A DNA stretch of 37,905 nucleotides from a virus. Its lineage: Duplodnaviria > Caudoviricetes. The notes below the pieces were generated by a model. The model made no database searches, was not told the origin of the DNA, and was given only the letters and a program-made list of their open reading frames with translations. The stretch lies in the IMG/VR virus record IMGVR_UViG_3300033076_000390, positions 1-37,905 of that record; one strand, 5' to 3'. Below are positions 17,125 to 28,411 of the stretch, one piece after another (the stretch's first letter is position 1; every line of letters begins with the position of its first letter). The position numbers and the translations under genes are program-made.

Positions 17125-20100
17125 GTGGCTAATGCGATAACTCTAAAGTCACGAATACGAGGAACTTTAGAAGAGTTCTGAGATTTTAAAACAACCTTAA
17201 CTGCAACTAGTGTGAATGGTGTTAAACCTTCGTTCAAGTATTCATAGTCCTTGAATGTAGTTGTGTTTTCAGTTGTAAGTGGAATCACTTGGCCTGTAGC
17301 AGCAATCCAAGGTAGTTCTTCAAACTTCTGGTCTGAACCAGGCGTTTGAACCTTGTAATATGTCTCAATGATAGAACCATCTGGGCGATTTGCTGAGAAG
17401 ATAATCTTAACAGCGGTTGCAGCTTGATCAAGTGTGATCTTGCGTGTAATATAACGTGCTAATGAAGAAGCACCTGTTGGAGCTAGTTCAGAAACATAGT
17501 CTTTAACTTCGTTCTTACCAGAAGCGCCACCACCAACTGTTTGAGGATTGTCGATACGGTTAGCAATACAGATCGCAGACATACGCTCAAGGTCGATCAT
17601 TGGAGATACGTTATCTTCAGTAGTTGTTAGAACACCCTTCAACCAGAATGAACGTGCACCACCAAGTTTTTCTGTTTCATTAACTGTAGAAGCAATCATA
17701 TATGGACGATCTGTCACATAGTTATCGTTTAGAATTGCTGGACGATATTCTGTGCTTCCATCTAATGTATAAGCTGCTTCAGTACCAGCTAGTGATTGAG
17801 ATGTTGTTAAACGTAGACCCCAATCTGTACGTGTATCTGGGAACTGAACTAATGAAACACTAGGTTGTAGAACGTTGATAGTCTTATTCTCAGTTGCATA
17901 AACTGCAGTACCACCAGAGTTACCTGTTGCAGTAGCGTTAGTGCCAACTACGAATGAGTACCAATCTTGCTCAACAGCAGTGATAGTCTGTGTTGTATTT
18001 AATTGAGCAACTGGAATTCCGTTAACATCTGCAGCAACACCAGAGATGATTACTTTAGAGTTAACTGGATGACCGTGGTTCTTATGTAATACACGAACAA
18101 CGTTGCTTGAATTCGTTGTATAAACTGGGTTTGCAAATAGTTTACGTAATGGAACGTTTGCATTATTAAGAACAACTGTACCAGTCACTGAAGTATCAAA
18201 AGCTGCACGATATAGTTTGTACTTCAAGTCTTGCATTTGATCAGCGTTCCATGTAGAACCGTTCTGAGACTTGAATAACACACCAGTAGTTGGTTGCTTA
18301 GAGATGCGGTTTGATGTACCAACTTCGTTTTCACCAAGTTGCGCAATCCATAACTTATATTGCTGCGAGTTAGCTAGAACAACGATTGAATATTCACGGC
18401 CTTGATTCAAGAATACAGGTGCTGGGAATGTGAATGTTGTTGCAACTGAAGCATTTGCAGATGTATTAACAGACGAAGCTGGTAGAGTTACTTGGCCAAA
18501 ACCAACGATTGTAGTTGTTGGATAACCATTATCAACTGTACGAATTTGAACAGTAACTGGGATGTTAGCATCTTTCTCTGAGAAGTATAGATCAAGCTTA
18601 GTGATCATTACACCGCCTGGTTTATCAACCAAGAATGTTTGTGCTAATGGATCCCAACGTTCTGTATTAACGAATGTGTTAATTAAACGTGAGTTAGTAA
18701 CTGTACGTGTTTCTGAAACCGCAGTTTGCTGTAGGTTTGGAGAACGTAGAGAAACTTCTTGAAGAGTCTCTGTTAAACCAGAAGCTGAGTAAACTGCTTG
18801 AGCAGAACATGTAGCTAAGTCAAAGTTGTTATTAGAATCATCAGACAGACGGAATGTACGATCGCCTGTACGGAACTTAATAGCCGATGTATTAGGAATG
18901 TAGAATTCACCAATCAATTCACCTGCAGCATTAGATACTAAAGCGTTTGTGCCGTTAGTAATATCAGTTGCAGTTAGTTCTGGGTGGCGAACCGCTGAAG
19001 TATTTGGTTCTGCATCAACTGGAGCATCAGAGAATCGTGTGAACGATGTTAATGGCTTACAGAAGTCAGAAACTGAAATACTTTCAAAGAATGGATACAT
19101 TCTTGTATTTGGCTTAAGGCCAATAACCTTAAACTTAACACGGCGTGAGCGGATGAATGGAACCATACGTACATCAACTACACGTTCGCCAAGTGATGAT
19201 TGAATTGTATCAGGAGCTACTGAAGTACGAATACCTGCACGAGCTTGAGCTGATTGAATAGTTTCAATAACATCGGTTTGTGTTGTTCTCCAGTTCGAAC
19301 CTGAAGTAACACTAAGGTTGTTGCTTAATGAACGACCAGTCCATTGTGTTTGCCATTCATTCCATACAGTGCCAAGAACTCCTGATTCATCTGCAAGGAA
19401 GTTAACAACATCAAACAACCCTTGGTTGTCAACAATAAGTTCTGGACGTGATTCTGTATCTTTCCAGTCATCTGAACTTGGTGAAAGATCCATAATACCA
19501 ACGAACTTGATTACGTCAAATGGGTTAACAAACTCAGTACGTGATGCGGATGGTTGATCAATATATGTTGTGTGCGTATATGGTAACGTTAGAACATCGC
19601 CTGTCTTTTGAATGTTAGTAGAGTCTGCAGAGTTATATGCTAGACGAACTGTGTCTTCAAAGAATTGTGGACGAGCTTCACCACGTTCAGCATCGATAGA
19701 GATGTGGTAGTCAGGATCTCCTGGATTACCAATATTGTGACCATAGAATGGATCAACGATAAAACCATTCTTGAAACGATCAACGTTATTCGTATCAAGG
19801 ATTTGTAAGTCAGCAGTTTCTTTTTCAAGTAATGAAAGAGAAGTGTAGTACTCAAGGTTCTTAATACGTTGTTCTAAGCGACCGATATCGCGCATTGTGT
19901 AACGACGGTTGTCGATCAATGTAGGGATAACGTCTTGTGGCCCGAATGTGTATGGCTTTAATGCTAGTTCATATAGAACCATAGCATCATCAGGATCTTT
20001 AGGTGAGTTAGGTGTTAATGATGAAACACCTTTAACAACGCCAAAGTTACCTTTAGCGTCTAAGTATAACTTGTCGATACGTGCTAGGTAGAAGTCAAAG

Positions 20101-22430
20101 TCTGTACGGATGTTATCACCAATACGTGGGATTTCAACTAAAGAAGCACCAGTGATGTTGTTACCAACATCGTTAACATATGAAGTACCATCATCACGTA
20201 CACGTGGACGGAAGTCTAATGTATCACGTAATTGGAATGATTCAAAGCGAGATTGATATGAAGGAATCTCGTCATACGCGATTTGGCCAGTGTATGAGTC
20301 TACAGAGAAGTAATCACCAGCACCGTGTGTGAAGTAATCAAATACAACTAATAGACGACCAGTTGGAGCAGGTTGACCTGTCTTTAACTTAATACGACCA
20401 ACATCATAGAAGTTATCACGCTGACCATTGTCTAACTCATAACGATCTGTAACGTTTTGGCTAGATGTAGTAGCGTTAGTTCCTGTACTTGCTGACATGT
20501 AAACACCTTTAAGTTTAAAGATGTCAGCCTTACCAAGCGTATCATAGTTGCCTGGTGTTGTATTTGGTGAAGTGATGTTTAGATTATAATCACTTACCAA
20601 TGTCTTTTGTTTTTCAACAGCTTCTTGCTTATAAACTGTAGCAATAAGAACAAATGATTGAGTAGTTAAACCTAAGTCATCTAACTTAATAAGAACGTTC
20701 TTACCAGTAGGTGTACCAGATAGAACAACACGTGATCCACCGCCTGCACCAGTATATGCAGAGTCTAGGTTAAGTACAGCACCGTTGTCTGTACGAACCA
20801 TTAAGAAGTCACGGCTTGAATATGGAGTAATGAACTGTTCATTAACACCGGCAGTTAACTGAACTTGGCCGTTTGATAATGAACCTGTGTAAACACGACG
20901 TACTGAGTAGTTAGTATCAATCGTGCCGCCAGTGCCACGAATAGTCTTAATAACATCGTATGGCATACGAACTAATAGACTATTTGTAGATGTGTCTTGT
21001 AAAACAGCGTTGCTTGATTCTAGAACGATGTTTGCTGTTGTTGGAGGAGTGCCTGCAACATATACTGAACGTACAGAAGAGAAGCTTTGACCGCTGTTCA
21101 TCTTAATATCAAATAAGAAGAAGCGATATACAGCTGCTGAGTTACCTAATGTTCCAGAGAAGTGCTCAACAGCACGTACACGGGCCGTACCAAGTTCTGA
21201 ACCTGGTGCAACACCTCCAGTTGATACTGTAGCACTACGTAAAGAAACGATTGGGAACGATGTAACGTTCGGTGCGCCATATAAACCTGTTACATTTACA
21301 TATGCGCCTAGGTTGAATGGAATAGCAACGTTATTGTCAGATGCATATTCACGTGACTTATCAACAGGAACGTAGTTAGTAGCTAATGTTTCAATTTCAA
21401 AACCGCGAACATATGCTTTACCAGCTTCCATACCAATAGCTAGTTTAGATTCTAAACCACCATCTGCTGCAGAGTAGATACCACGATTACCAGCTTCTTT
21501 TAAGTGCTCACGAACTTCAATATTGAAAGACTTAACTGTATAGTTACCAGACTCATCGTATGTACGACGCGCTAATGTTTCTTCAATAACTGAATAGTCG
21601 GTTGAACGAACTTTTGAGCGAACAATACCATTCTCAACCTGCATGATCTGAACGAAGTCAGCAGTAGTTGCAGAAGGAGCTTTCTTTGTAAGTGTTAGTG
21701 TAATGCTATAACGATGAGCACCTGGCGCAGCATAGTTAGGTGATCCATTCGCATTATCGTTTAGTGATGGATCAGTCTGTGAAGTAATAACTGATTGACC
21801 AACTGCAAAACCAATTTTATATGTTGGAGTTGTTGTGTATTTTTCTAGAACAATTGTTTGATCTTCAACAAGAACAAACATGTCAGAAACAAAGTACACA
21901 CCTTTGGCAACTGAAACAGCCGAGCCATAACCTACATTGCCTGTTCCAGATTTAATAGCTGCTTCGCGTGCATTCGAACCATCAGATAGAAGAGTCTCAC
22001 CGGCCGCAAAAAGTTTAGTAGTGTTATTAGTACCAGAGTTTGTGTACTTAACAAATAGTGTTAATGGATCACTACCAGTTGCTGCAGCGACACCAACTAC
22101 TTTAGCAGTTACGCCACTAGTTTGTCCAGTAACAACAGTCCCAGTAAATTCACTTAGATATGTAGCAACATCTGAACCATTTGGCGCAAGGTCGTTAATC
22201 TTTACGAAGCCATATTCTAAGTCAAGCGTAACACCGCCTGGGATAACCATCGCGCCTTCTTCAAACATATGACGACCAAAGCGAGCAACTTGCTCGTTAA
22301 TGATCGTTTGCATTTGAGTAAGTTCACGGGCCTGAACGGCAACGCCTGGACGATATAGAATGCGGTAGAATTTCTTACTATCCGCGTAATCGTCAAAATA
22401 TGGATCTGAACTATAGACCTTTAGTGTCAT
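17121..22430 (-). CDS. Large virion/baseplate-associated structural protein (DUF4815 / VrlC-like)
   Basis: 1769 aa; PYFDDY...FYRILYRPG.AVQARELTQMQ N-terminus, APGAHRY, LARRTYDESGNY, RFKNGFIVDPF, DPLAQTF, PRIRDFRVIALA. Confidence 0.8.
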   Translation of the reverse strand: MTLKVYSSDPYFDDYADSKKFYRILYRPGVAVQARELTQMQTIINEQVARFGRHMFEEGAMVIPGGVTLDLEYGFVKINDLAPNGSDVATYLSEFTGTVVTGQTSGVTAKVVGVAAATGSDPLTLFVKYTNSGTNNTTKLFAAGETLLSDGSNAREAAIKSGTGNVGYGSAVSVAKGVYFVSDMFVLVEDQTIVLEKYTTTPTYKIGFAVGQSVITSQTDPSLNDNANGSPNYAAPGAHRYSITLTLTKKAPSATTADFVQIMQVENGIVRSKVRSTDYSVIEETLARRTYDESGNYTVKSFNIEVREHLKEAGNRGIYSAADGGLESKLAIGMEAGKAYVRGFEIETLATNYVPVDKSREYASDNNVAIPFNLGAYVNVTGLYGAPNVTSFPIVSLRSATVSTGGVAPGSELGTARVRAVEHFSGTLGNSAAVYRFFLFDIKMNSGQSFSSVRSVYVAGTPPTTANIVLESSNAVLQDTSTNSLLVRMPYDVIKTIRGTGGTIDTNYSVRRVYTGSLSNGQVQLTAGVNEQFITPYSSRDFLMVRTDNGAVLNLDSAYTGAGGGSRVVLSGTPTGKNVLIKLDDLGLTTQSFVLIATVYKQEAVEKQKTLVSDYNLNITSPNTTPGNYDTLGKADIFKLKGVYMSASTGTNATTSSQNVTDRYELDNGQRDNFYDVGRIKLKTGQPAPTGRLLVVFDYFTHGAGDYFSVDSYTGQIAYDEIPSYQSRFESFQLRDTLDFRPRVRDDGTSYVNDVGNNITGASLVEIPRIGDNIRTDFDFYLARIDKLYLDAKGNFGVVKGVSSLTPNSPKDPDDAMVLYELALKPYTFGPQDVIPTLIDNRRYTMRDIGRLEQRIKNLEYYTSLSLLEKETADLQILDTNNVDRFKNGFIVDPFYGHNIGNPGDPDYHISIDAERGEARPQFFEDTVRLAYNSADSTNIQKTGDVLTLPYTHTTYIDQPSASRTEFVNPFDVIKFVGIMDLSPSSDDWKDTESRPELIVDNQGLFDVVNFLADESGVLGTVWNEWQTQWTGRSLSNNLSVTSGSNWRTTQTDVIETIQSAQARAGIRTSVAPDTIQSSLGERVVDVRMVPFIRSRRVKFKVIGLKPNTRMYPFFESISVSDFCKPLTSFTRFSDAPVDAEPNTSAVRHPELTATDITNGTNALVSNAAGELIGEFYIPNTSAIKFRTGDRTFRLSDDSNNNFDLATCSAQAVYSASGLTETLQEVSLRSPNLQQTAVSETRTVTNSRLINTFVNTERWDPLAQTFLVDKPGGVMITKLDLYFSEKDANIPVTVQIRTVDNGYPTTTIVGFGQVTLPASSVNTSANASVATTFTFPAPVFLNQGREYSIVVLANSQQYKLWIAQLGENEVGTSNRISKQPTTGVLFKSQNGSTWNADQMQDLKYKLYRAAFDTSVTGTVVLNNANVPLRKLFANPVYTTNSSNVVRVLHKNHGHPVNSKVIISGVAADVNGIPVAQLNTTQTITAVEQDWYSFVVGTNATATGNSGGTAVYATENKTINVLQPSVSLVQFPDTRTDWGLRLTTSQSLAGTEAAYTLDGSTEYRPAILNDNYVTDRPYMIASTVNETEKLGGARSFWLKGVLTTTEDNVSPMIDLERMSAICIANRIDNPQTVGGGASGKNEVKDYVSELAPTGASSLARYITRKITLDQAATAVKIIFSANRPDGSIIETYYKVQTPGSDQKFEELPWIAATGQVIPLTTENTTTFKDYEYLNEGLTPFTLVAVKVVLKSQNSSKVPRIRDFRVIALAT

Positions 22431-22449
22431 TTTATCTCTTCTTTAAAAT

Positions 22450-23754
22450 TTACATTTCAATAACTAAACGTACGTCTTCTGTCTGGTTAGAAGCACGATT
22501 CACTGGGCTTCTATTTTCTATATACACAACATCGCCAGAATACTTCTTGACTTCAGGTGTTGTGATACCTGAGACAGTTGCGCTCACTGCGCCTTGAGTA
22601 ATAATCTCTCCAGATTGGAATGCAGTATAACCTGTTGTATCGTTCTGATAAATCTTAACTGAACCAGAACCGATTGAAGCTACAAATCCTTTAGCACCTG
22701 ATGTACCACCAACAACTTGATCATCCTTAACGAATGAACCACCTGTGGTAGTACCATGTGATAGAACTGTTAATGCAGACTTAGTAGTCGATGTAGCAAC
22801 AGTCGTAGTGCCATAGTCGTATGGATTACGGATAATACCAATTTGACGATAATCGTTATCGATGATGAAGTCGCCTGAACCATCAGCGCCTTCTAATAGA
22901 ACTTGTGCCATTACATAGAAACCACCAAGTTCTTTGATTGGATCTGAACCATGACCACCTGCTGGAGAAATAACACCTCGTGCAGTAGCCGCAGTTGATG
23001 GTGAACCACCATTCAATGTAACTTGTACTCGTGTGTAACCTGAACCAACAGTGTTCATAGTAATACCAGTTACAACTCCGCCGGAAACAGTCGCTGTAGC
23101 TGTTGCGCCTGTACCATCACCGCTGATTACAACGTTTGGAGCACTTACATAGCCAGCGCCTGCATTTACTAATTTAATACGATGGATTGCTCCATCGACC
23201 GCAGCAGCTTGAACGTTCCATTGGATAGAACCATCATCGCTTGCTAATTTTTTAACTGGGAAGAACGAGTTAGTCAAGAACTTATTAACGTCGTTACCGC
23301 CAATAGTAAACATGAACTTCCAACGATAACCATCAGCTAATGGCGTATTAGAAATAGTAGTTGCTGTTCCAGTTGGTTTAACAACTGAAGCACCTGCACC
23401 GGCTTGGATACACTTATAAACGTTAAGTTCATCGGTAACAACATAATATTGACGTGTAGCCAATTGAGTGTCTTGATCGTCATACTCGGAGTATGTAGTA
23501 CCAGCAATCCAGTTATAACGTGGAGCACAGTGACTAATCTGAGAAGCAGCGATACGCTTTAGAGCAATAGTGTTTGCCCAAGCATCGTATTCGTCTGATA
23601 AGCGATCGATTGGAGATGGAACTGAAGTATCAGAAGGTGTCCATGCCTGAGCTCTACCAACAAACAAGTAGTAACTGTTGTTAGAGTCACTAATGTCTGT
23701 GATCAGATTCTTGGCGTTCTGATAACGGAATTTTGTTGTGATAATTGCTGGCAT
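22450..23754 (-). CDS. gp8: Baseplate wedge subunit gp8
   Basis: YYLFVGR..AW, RYNW..G..Y..YD, YYVVTDELNVYKCI, DGYRWKFMF, YSGDVVYIENRSP..RA..QTED; order gp6-gp7-gp8. Confidence 0.85.
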   Translation of the reverse strand: MPAIITTKFRYQNAKNLITDISDSNNSYYLFVGRAQAWTPSDTSVPSPIDRLSDEYDAWANTIALKRIAASQISHCAPRYNWIAGTTYSEYDDQDTQLATRQYYVVTDELNVYKCIQAGAGASVVKPTGTATTISNTPLADGYRWKFMFTIGGNDVNKFLTNSFFPVKKLASDDGSIQWNVQAAAVDGAIHRIKLVNAGAGYVSAPNVVISGDGTGATATATVSGGVVTGITMNTVGSGYTRVQVTLNGGSPSTAATARGVISPAGGHGSDPIKELGGFYVMAQVLLEGADGSGDFIIDNDYRQIGIIRNPYDYGTTTVATSTTKSALTVLSHGTTTGGSFVKDDQVVGGTSGAKGFVASIGSGSVKIYQNDTTGYTAFQSGEIITQGAVSATVSGITTPEVKKYSGDVVYIENRSPVNRASNQTEDVRLVIEM

Positions 23755-23779
23755 TTAAAGTCCCTTTGACTTATATTAT

Positions 23780-24679
23780 TTAAGTATTTATTAGAGTAAT
23801 TTCAGCCGGTATAGTAATATTTGTCTTACCGCCAGTTGAAACTTGCTCGATTGTTAGATCTGCGTAACTACTAATCGCTCCACCATTTACAAATTTAGTT
23901 TGCTCAAAGTGAAGGAACGTAGTTCCAAGTGTGTTAAGAGCATCTCTGCCTTTAACGATTTCTAAAGATGCTACAAAACTACGTGCATATCCACCAACTG
24001 TAGCAATAATAATTGGTAGTTTGCCTTCTTGTGGATCCACAAATCCTGGAGGAATTTGTGAATAACGCTTTGCTGCCTGCGACTGAATTAAAACCTGGCC
24101 AAAGAATGCAAACCCTGTTGGGTGTAATAACTTCTTAACGGCGTCTTGCCAATAATCAATTGTTTGACCAGTCTTAATCACATATGAGAAGTTCTGATAG
24201 TAGCGACTATCTTGAATATACTTCTTATCGGAGATAAAGCCATCGTTACTTACGTAACGATTCTGAGTACGATCCCACTTACCATCAGATGGTTTTAATA
24301 AGTCAACACGTGGGTAATACAATTCGATCTGATCGTTAAACAACAAGTTAAACAATGCTTCGTATGAAGGAATAGATCCCTTTGAACGATAAATATCATT
24401 AACTTGTTTGTACAACTTACGTGGATCAACTTGGATCTGTTGAGGAATTGATGTAGCAAATTCGCGTTGCAGATATTCAATAAACTGTGTTGAGGCTTTA
24501 TCAATGTCACGTTTTTCTAGAAGCGTATTAAGGATATGGCCTGGCTGATCTTCAGCAGACTGCATCCATTCAAAATACGATTCGATGAATTCTGTAAGAT
24601 TACCGCCATTCGTACGAATGTGCTCTGGAATAATACTATCCAGAGCATAATAATCTTGACGTTCGGTTTGAAGTGCCAT
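23780..24679 (-). CDS. gp7: Baseplate wedge protein, short gp7-like
   Basis: F..YFEWM, IYRSKGS..SY..LF..LF, LKPSDGKW, IQDSRYYQNFSYVIK, LHPTGF. Start taken at the ATG at 24679 (MALQTER), right after the gp6 stop. Confidence 0.7.
   Translation of the reverse strand: MALQTERQDYYALDSIIPEHIRTNGGNLTEFIESYFEWMQSAEDQPGHILNTLLEKRDIDKASTQFIEYLQREFATSIPQQIQVDPRKLYKQVNDIYRSKGSIPSYEALFNLLFNDQIELYYPRVDLLKPSDGKWDRTQNRYVSNDGFISDKKYIQDSRYYQNFSYVIKTGQTIDYWQDAVKKLLHPTGFAFFGQVLIQSQAAKRYSQIPPGFVDPQEGKLPIIIATVGGYARSFVASLEIVKGRDALNTLGTTFLHFEQTKFVNGGAISSYADLTIEQVSTGGKTNITIPAEITLINT
23785..23793 (-). promoter_or_regulatory. Late promoter variant TAATAAATA upstream of gp8
   Basis: Inside the 3' end of the gp7-like gene, about 30 nt before the gp8 ATG. 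Confidence 0.45.
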
Positions 24680-24680
24680 A

Positions 24681-26552
24681 TTAACCTGAGTGACGTGGTG
24701 TTGTATTGTATCCAATACCAGCGATTGTTCCACCAGTTGCAATAGTATCTACTTCTGGAGTAATCGTTGATAGATTCATATCAATTTGTAATAACTGATT
24801 ACGTTTAGGTGCGATGTCATTTGAATTTGGCATTGCTGTAATAGTTATATAGCTGCCGTCATACGCTGATGGATTAAAGTTAGTAATAACGACAATACCA
24901 TCAGTTGAGTTTAAATAACCAGCATCTTGAACAGTGACTTGTTTTGTATCACCGATGTAACGATAAATTTGTAGTAAATGTGTTCCACCTTCATCGCTGT
25001 GAACATCAATTCCTTCAGCTGCTGCTTGAGGTAGATCTTGCAGATACTGAGTAAATCCGTTATATGTGAATGAAGTAGACGAAAGAATCTTTTCATTACT
25101 ATTTGATGTGTATAATGGTGATGAGAATGAAAGCGTATACTTCTGAGCAGTTCCAACAACTGGTGCAAAACGCTTTTGCATATAAACACGAACAGTTGAG
25201 TTAAGAATTGATGGATCTGCATTGTCAATTAAACGTGAAAGCTTAGAGTGACGGAAAACACCATCGAACTTCTTAAGCTCATTGTTATTATAGTTTGTAA
25301 TTACATCAGCTACAGCTTGACGTAATTCACCAGCCGTCTTATTAGTTAAGTTAGGATCATACTTAAAGAACACTTCAAGTTTGATGTAAGTATACTCAGG
25401 ATCAACTAACTCAGGTGTAATAGAAACAACGTTACGTGTCTTTAACACTTGGTCTTTAATGAATTGCTTTTCAGTAGCCGTTAATGTCTCAGCATTCTTT
25501 GGCTTAATAGAAATATAAGCCTTACCATAATCAGGTGGATCGTTCTCTTCACCACCCCACACTGAAACTGTTTCAATGTTTGGATAGTTGTTAATAATAG
25601 CAGCTTTGTAATCTTCAGGAGTAACAACGCGGTTCTGAGAGATGTATGATAATGGCGCATTGAACTTAATAGAGTCAATGTCTTCGCGATCGCCACCACC
25701 AGCAGCTTTATACAATACTGTAATATCAACGTTAGAGTTGCCTTGAATTGTAGACGCTAATGTAAATGATGATGCGCCATTAGCTAAAGCACCGTTAGTG
25801 CTTAACCACTCAATTTCAACAACATTACCAGCTTGTAGATTCTTACCTACAATGCCATCTCCAAAATAAATTTCATACTTTCCATCTTTTGATTCTTGTA
25901 AGAAATATGCTTTAGTGCTAGATGTAATGTCAACGAAGTTACGTGCTAATGTGTAAATGTCGTATGTAGTTGTACTACTATTTGATTTTACTTTAACAAC
26001 AAGAGATGATGTATCAACGTTTGCATCTGGAATTTCGAAATATTGACTTGTGTCAAATGAGTCAATAACATATGAAAATGTTTTTAATGTACCTTCATTC
26101 ACTTTTAAATTTGCAAATGTATAAACACCAGCAATAGGTGAAATTGATTGTGACTCTAAAACTGTAAATGCATATCTAACACCATCGACAACTGATGAAA
26201 ACTCTGTGCCACGTTCAATCGTTAACGATGATGGAGATCCAGTTGGAGATAATACGGTAACATCAAGATATGCAAATGACGATGACATTGAGCGAGGAAC
26301 ATAACCAAGCATCTTTGAGTGTGATACAACATTATTACGTAACTGAGCAGAATCAAGGAACACTTCATTGATTGCCATGTTCGCGTTGATTGCGTTAAAG
26401 TGTGTGTTATACGCTAATAGCTCTAATAACACAGCCATGCCTGAACCTTCAAAGTCATAGTCTTGGAACTTGCTTTGAGACTTCAAATAAGTTTTTAGAT
26501 TCTCACGAATCTGAAAAAAGTCTAGTTCAGTGACCTTTAAGTTTGATGCCAT
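24681..26552 (-). CDS. gp6: Baseplate wedge subunit gp6
   Basis: LDFFQIRENLKTYL...DYDFEGS.M.VLLELLAYNTH, EVFLDSAQLR, YEIYFGDG, QNRVVT.EDY, WGGE.N.PP.YG. Confidence 0.92.
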   Translation of the reverse strand: MASNLKVTELDFFQIRENLKTYLKSQSKFQDYDFEGSGMAVLLELLAYNTHFNAINANMAINEVFLDSAQLRNNVVSHSKMLGYVPRSMSSSFAYLDVTVLSPTGSPSSLTIERGTEFSSVVDGVRYAFTVLESQSISPIAGVYTFANLKVNEGTLKTFSYVIDSFDTSQYFEIPDANVDTSSLVVKVKSNSSTTTYDIYTLARNFVDITSSTKAYFLQESKDGKYEIYFGDGIVGKNLQAGNVVEIEWLSTNGALANGASSFTLASTIQGNSNVDITVLYKAAGGGDREDIDSIKFNAPLSYISQNRVVTPEDYKAAIINNYPNIETVSVWGGEENDPPDYGKAYISIKPKNAETLTATEKQFIKDQVLKTRNVVSITPELVDPEYTYIKLEVFFKYDPNLTNKTAGELRQAVADVITNYNNNELKKFDGVFRHSKLSRLIDNADPSILNSTVRVYMQKRFAPVVGTAQKYTLSFSSPLYTSNSNEKILSSTSFTYNGFTQYLQDLPQAAAEGIDVHSDEGGTHLLQIYRYIGDTKQVTVQDAGYLNSTDGIVVITNFNPSAYDGSYITITAMPNSNDIAPKRNQLLQIDMNLSTITPEVDTIATGGTIAGIGYNTTPRHSG

Positions 26553-26995
26553 TATCGTAATCTCTCTAGAACAGTTGTTACCTCTGCAACTTGTTCAGTT
26601 GAGAGGATTTGAAATTGAATACTCATATTGTATGAATTATTGTCTGGGTCGTCAGTTGCCGAAATACTAATAACACGAACTCTTGGCTCAAAGTTGTCAA
26701 GCACTTCCTTTGCAGCATCTTCCAAATCACTGATTGTGATAGGATCTGCAGGTTCGAATAGTAAACCACGAACGCCACAACCAATCTCTGGTTGAAATGG
26801 TCGCTCATAGAAGTTAGTCAAGATCAAATTAATGACAGACTTCTTAATGGCTTCAATATCCTTGATAGGATTAATGTCGCCAGTCACTGGATTTGGTATA
26901 AAAAGCAAATCTAAGTCTGAATAAATTGTATCTCTAGCAATGACGCTAGCTTTACCAATTTTGACCAATAAGTCTGAAGGATCTTGTGTACGCAT
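26552..26995 (-). CDS. gp25: Baseplate wedge subunit gp25
   Basis: YSDLDL.F..NP.TGDI...AIKKSVINL.LT...ERPFQPEIGC...LFE...FEPRV. Confidence 0.92.
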   Translation of the reverse strand: MRTQDPSDLLVKIGKASVIARDTIYSDLDLLFIPNPVTGDINPIKDIEAIKKSVINLILTNFYERPFQPEIGCGVRGLLFEPADPITISDLEDAAKEVLDNFEPRVRVISISATDDPDNNSYNMSIQFQILSTEQVAEVTTVLERLR

Positions 26996-27000
26996 ATCTA

Positions 27001-27009
27001 TATTTATTA
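27001..27009 (-). promoter_or_regulatory. Late promoter TAATAAATA, 5 nt before the gp25 ATG
   Basis: TAATAAATA-TAGAT-ATG. Confidence 0.6.
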
Positions 27010-28410
27010 AGCTTTCAGGACTTTTAGCGCTGCTTCTGTATACTTAAGGCGATCGTCTAACGCATTTGTACCGCCATTTACTTTAATGCTCAACCCTTTA
27101 TAATCTTGTTTGTCGGCAAAGCCAGATAGATTATTACTTTTCCAGAACCATAACGAAGATTCAATCGCAACAGTTCTATTTTGTGCTACTTGATCTGGAT
27201 CTTTAACTAAACGATCATCACCAAATGTATCTTTTGAGCACGCAAGATAGTTAGCCTTAAATGTTAACTGCTTTAGACCGCGTCCTCTATAACGATAGCC
27301 ATCTCCAGAGGCTTCTGGCCCATTTAGATATCTGCCACCATAAACCTTATTGGCAATCTTTTCAGAATTGCCGGCGTACTGATCAGCGTCTTCTTGTGTT
27401 TTAAAATACTTTTTAAATGTGTTTAGAAGGTTTTTAGATGAATATTTTAAATTTTCTTCAAGCTTTTTTGGATCATTTGCAAATTTAGTCTCAGCCATGA
27501 TCTGCCCAATCCATCCTGCAACGCGTTCAGGTGTAGTTACACCGTATTTTGGAAGGTATTGTACTGCTAAATCATACCATTGACCAGCAGCGGCGTTTGC
27601 TGCAGCAATAAATTTCTCTTTTGTGAACGCAAATGTAAATCCGCCAGCTGGAGGAGGCGAAGGTTGTGCTTCTACGGTTGGATTTTTCTTCGGAGTGACC
27701 GGTGGTGCTGCTTTTTCAGCTGGTTTAGTGATTCCAATAGGATTTCCATTAGTATCATTTACAACAGCGCCGCTAGTGTCAGTCAAAACGATGATTTTAT
27801 CACCATCTGGCGTCACATAATCGCCAGAACTATCTTTTGAAGCTCCGTCAACGATGATTTTGATCTGACCATTGACTAAAATAGGCTTTCCGTCTGCATC
27901 TGTGACGATTCTAACGTTATAACCAGGTAATTTCGACTCAACGTTTGGTACTTCCTTACACATGTCAAGGAGCGCGGCCGCAATATTCTCTTCTGTAAGA
28001 GTATTTAAGATGTCTTGTGTCGTCGTAGTAATGTTTGCAGCTAAATTTTGCAGTTGCTCATACAAACTTGCCGACGACGATGATATTGCCGGCGGTTTTG
28101 GAATCTTATTGATAAGTTCATCTAAGTTTTCAACAGTTTTACCAAAATAATTCTTAAGTTTTTCAACAGAAGCATTATATTCAGCTGGTGAAAGGTATGG
28201 TAACTTAGCCAATTCGGCCTGAAGATTATAATTTTCCATCATCGGAACATTCACTTCGGACAATTTAGCCTTAATTGTAGTTGCAAGACTATCCAAATCA
28301 CTTATAGAATCTAATCCTTCAGCGATTTTTGCTTTTAGCTTATCAATTTCGGCTTTAGCTTCATCTAAAGCCGCATTAACGCCGCATGGTGAAATAGTTA
28401 TATTAGCCAT
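27007..28410 (-). CDS. Multidomain protein with C-terminal glycoside hydrolase family 19 (muramidase) domain
   Basis: ERVAGWIGQIMAET...EENLKYS...IANKVYGGR..NG....GDGYRYRGRGLKQLT...NY...WFW...VNGG.N.L.DR, preceded by a helical N-terminus and a Pro-rich linker. Confidence 0.85.
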   Translation of the reverse strand: MANITISPCGVNAALDEAKAEIDKLKAKIAEGLDSISDLDSLATTIKAKLSEVNVPMMENYNLQAELAKLPYLSPAEYNASVEKLKNYFGKTVENLDELINKIPKPPAISSSSASLYEQLQNLAANITTTTQDILNTLTEENIAAALLDMCKEVPNVESKLPGYNVRIVTDADGKPILVNGQIKIIVDGASKDSSGDYVTPDGDKIIVLTDTSGAVVNDTNGNPIGITKPAEKAAPPVTPKKNPTVEAQPSPPPAGGFTFAFTKEKFIAAANAAAGQWYDLAVQYLPKYGVTTPERVAGWIGQIMAETKFANDPKKLEENLKYSSKNLLNTFKKYFKTQEDADQYAGNSEKIANKVYGGRYLNGPEASGDGYRYRGRGLKQLTFKANYLACSKDTFGDDRLVKDPDQVAQNRTVAIESSLWFWKSNNLSGFADKQDYKGLSIKVNGGTNALDDRLKYTEAALKVLKA

Positions 28411-28411
28411 A

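Noticed and set aside
24680-24742. Extended N-terminus of the gp7-like ORF as given in the track
   Set aside because: It overlaps the end of gp6. The ATG at 24679 directly after the gp6 stop is more plausible.
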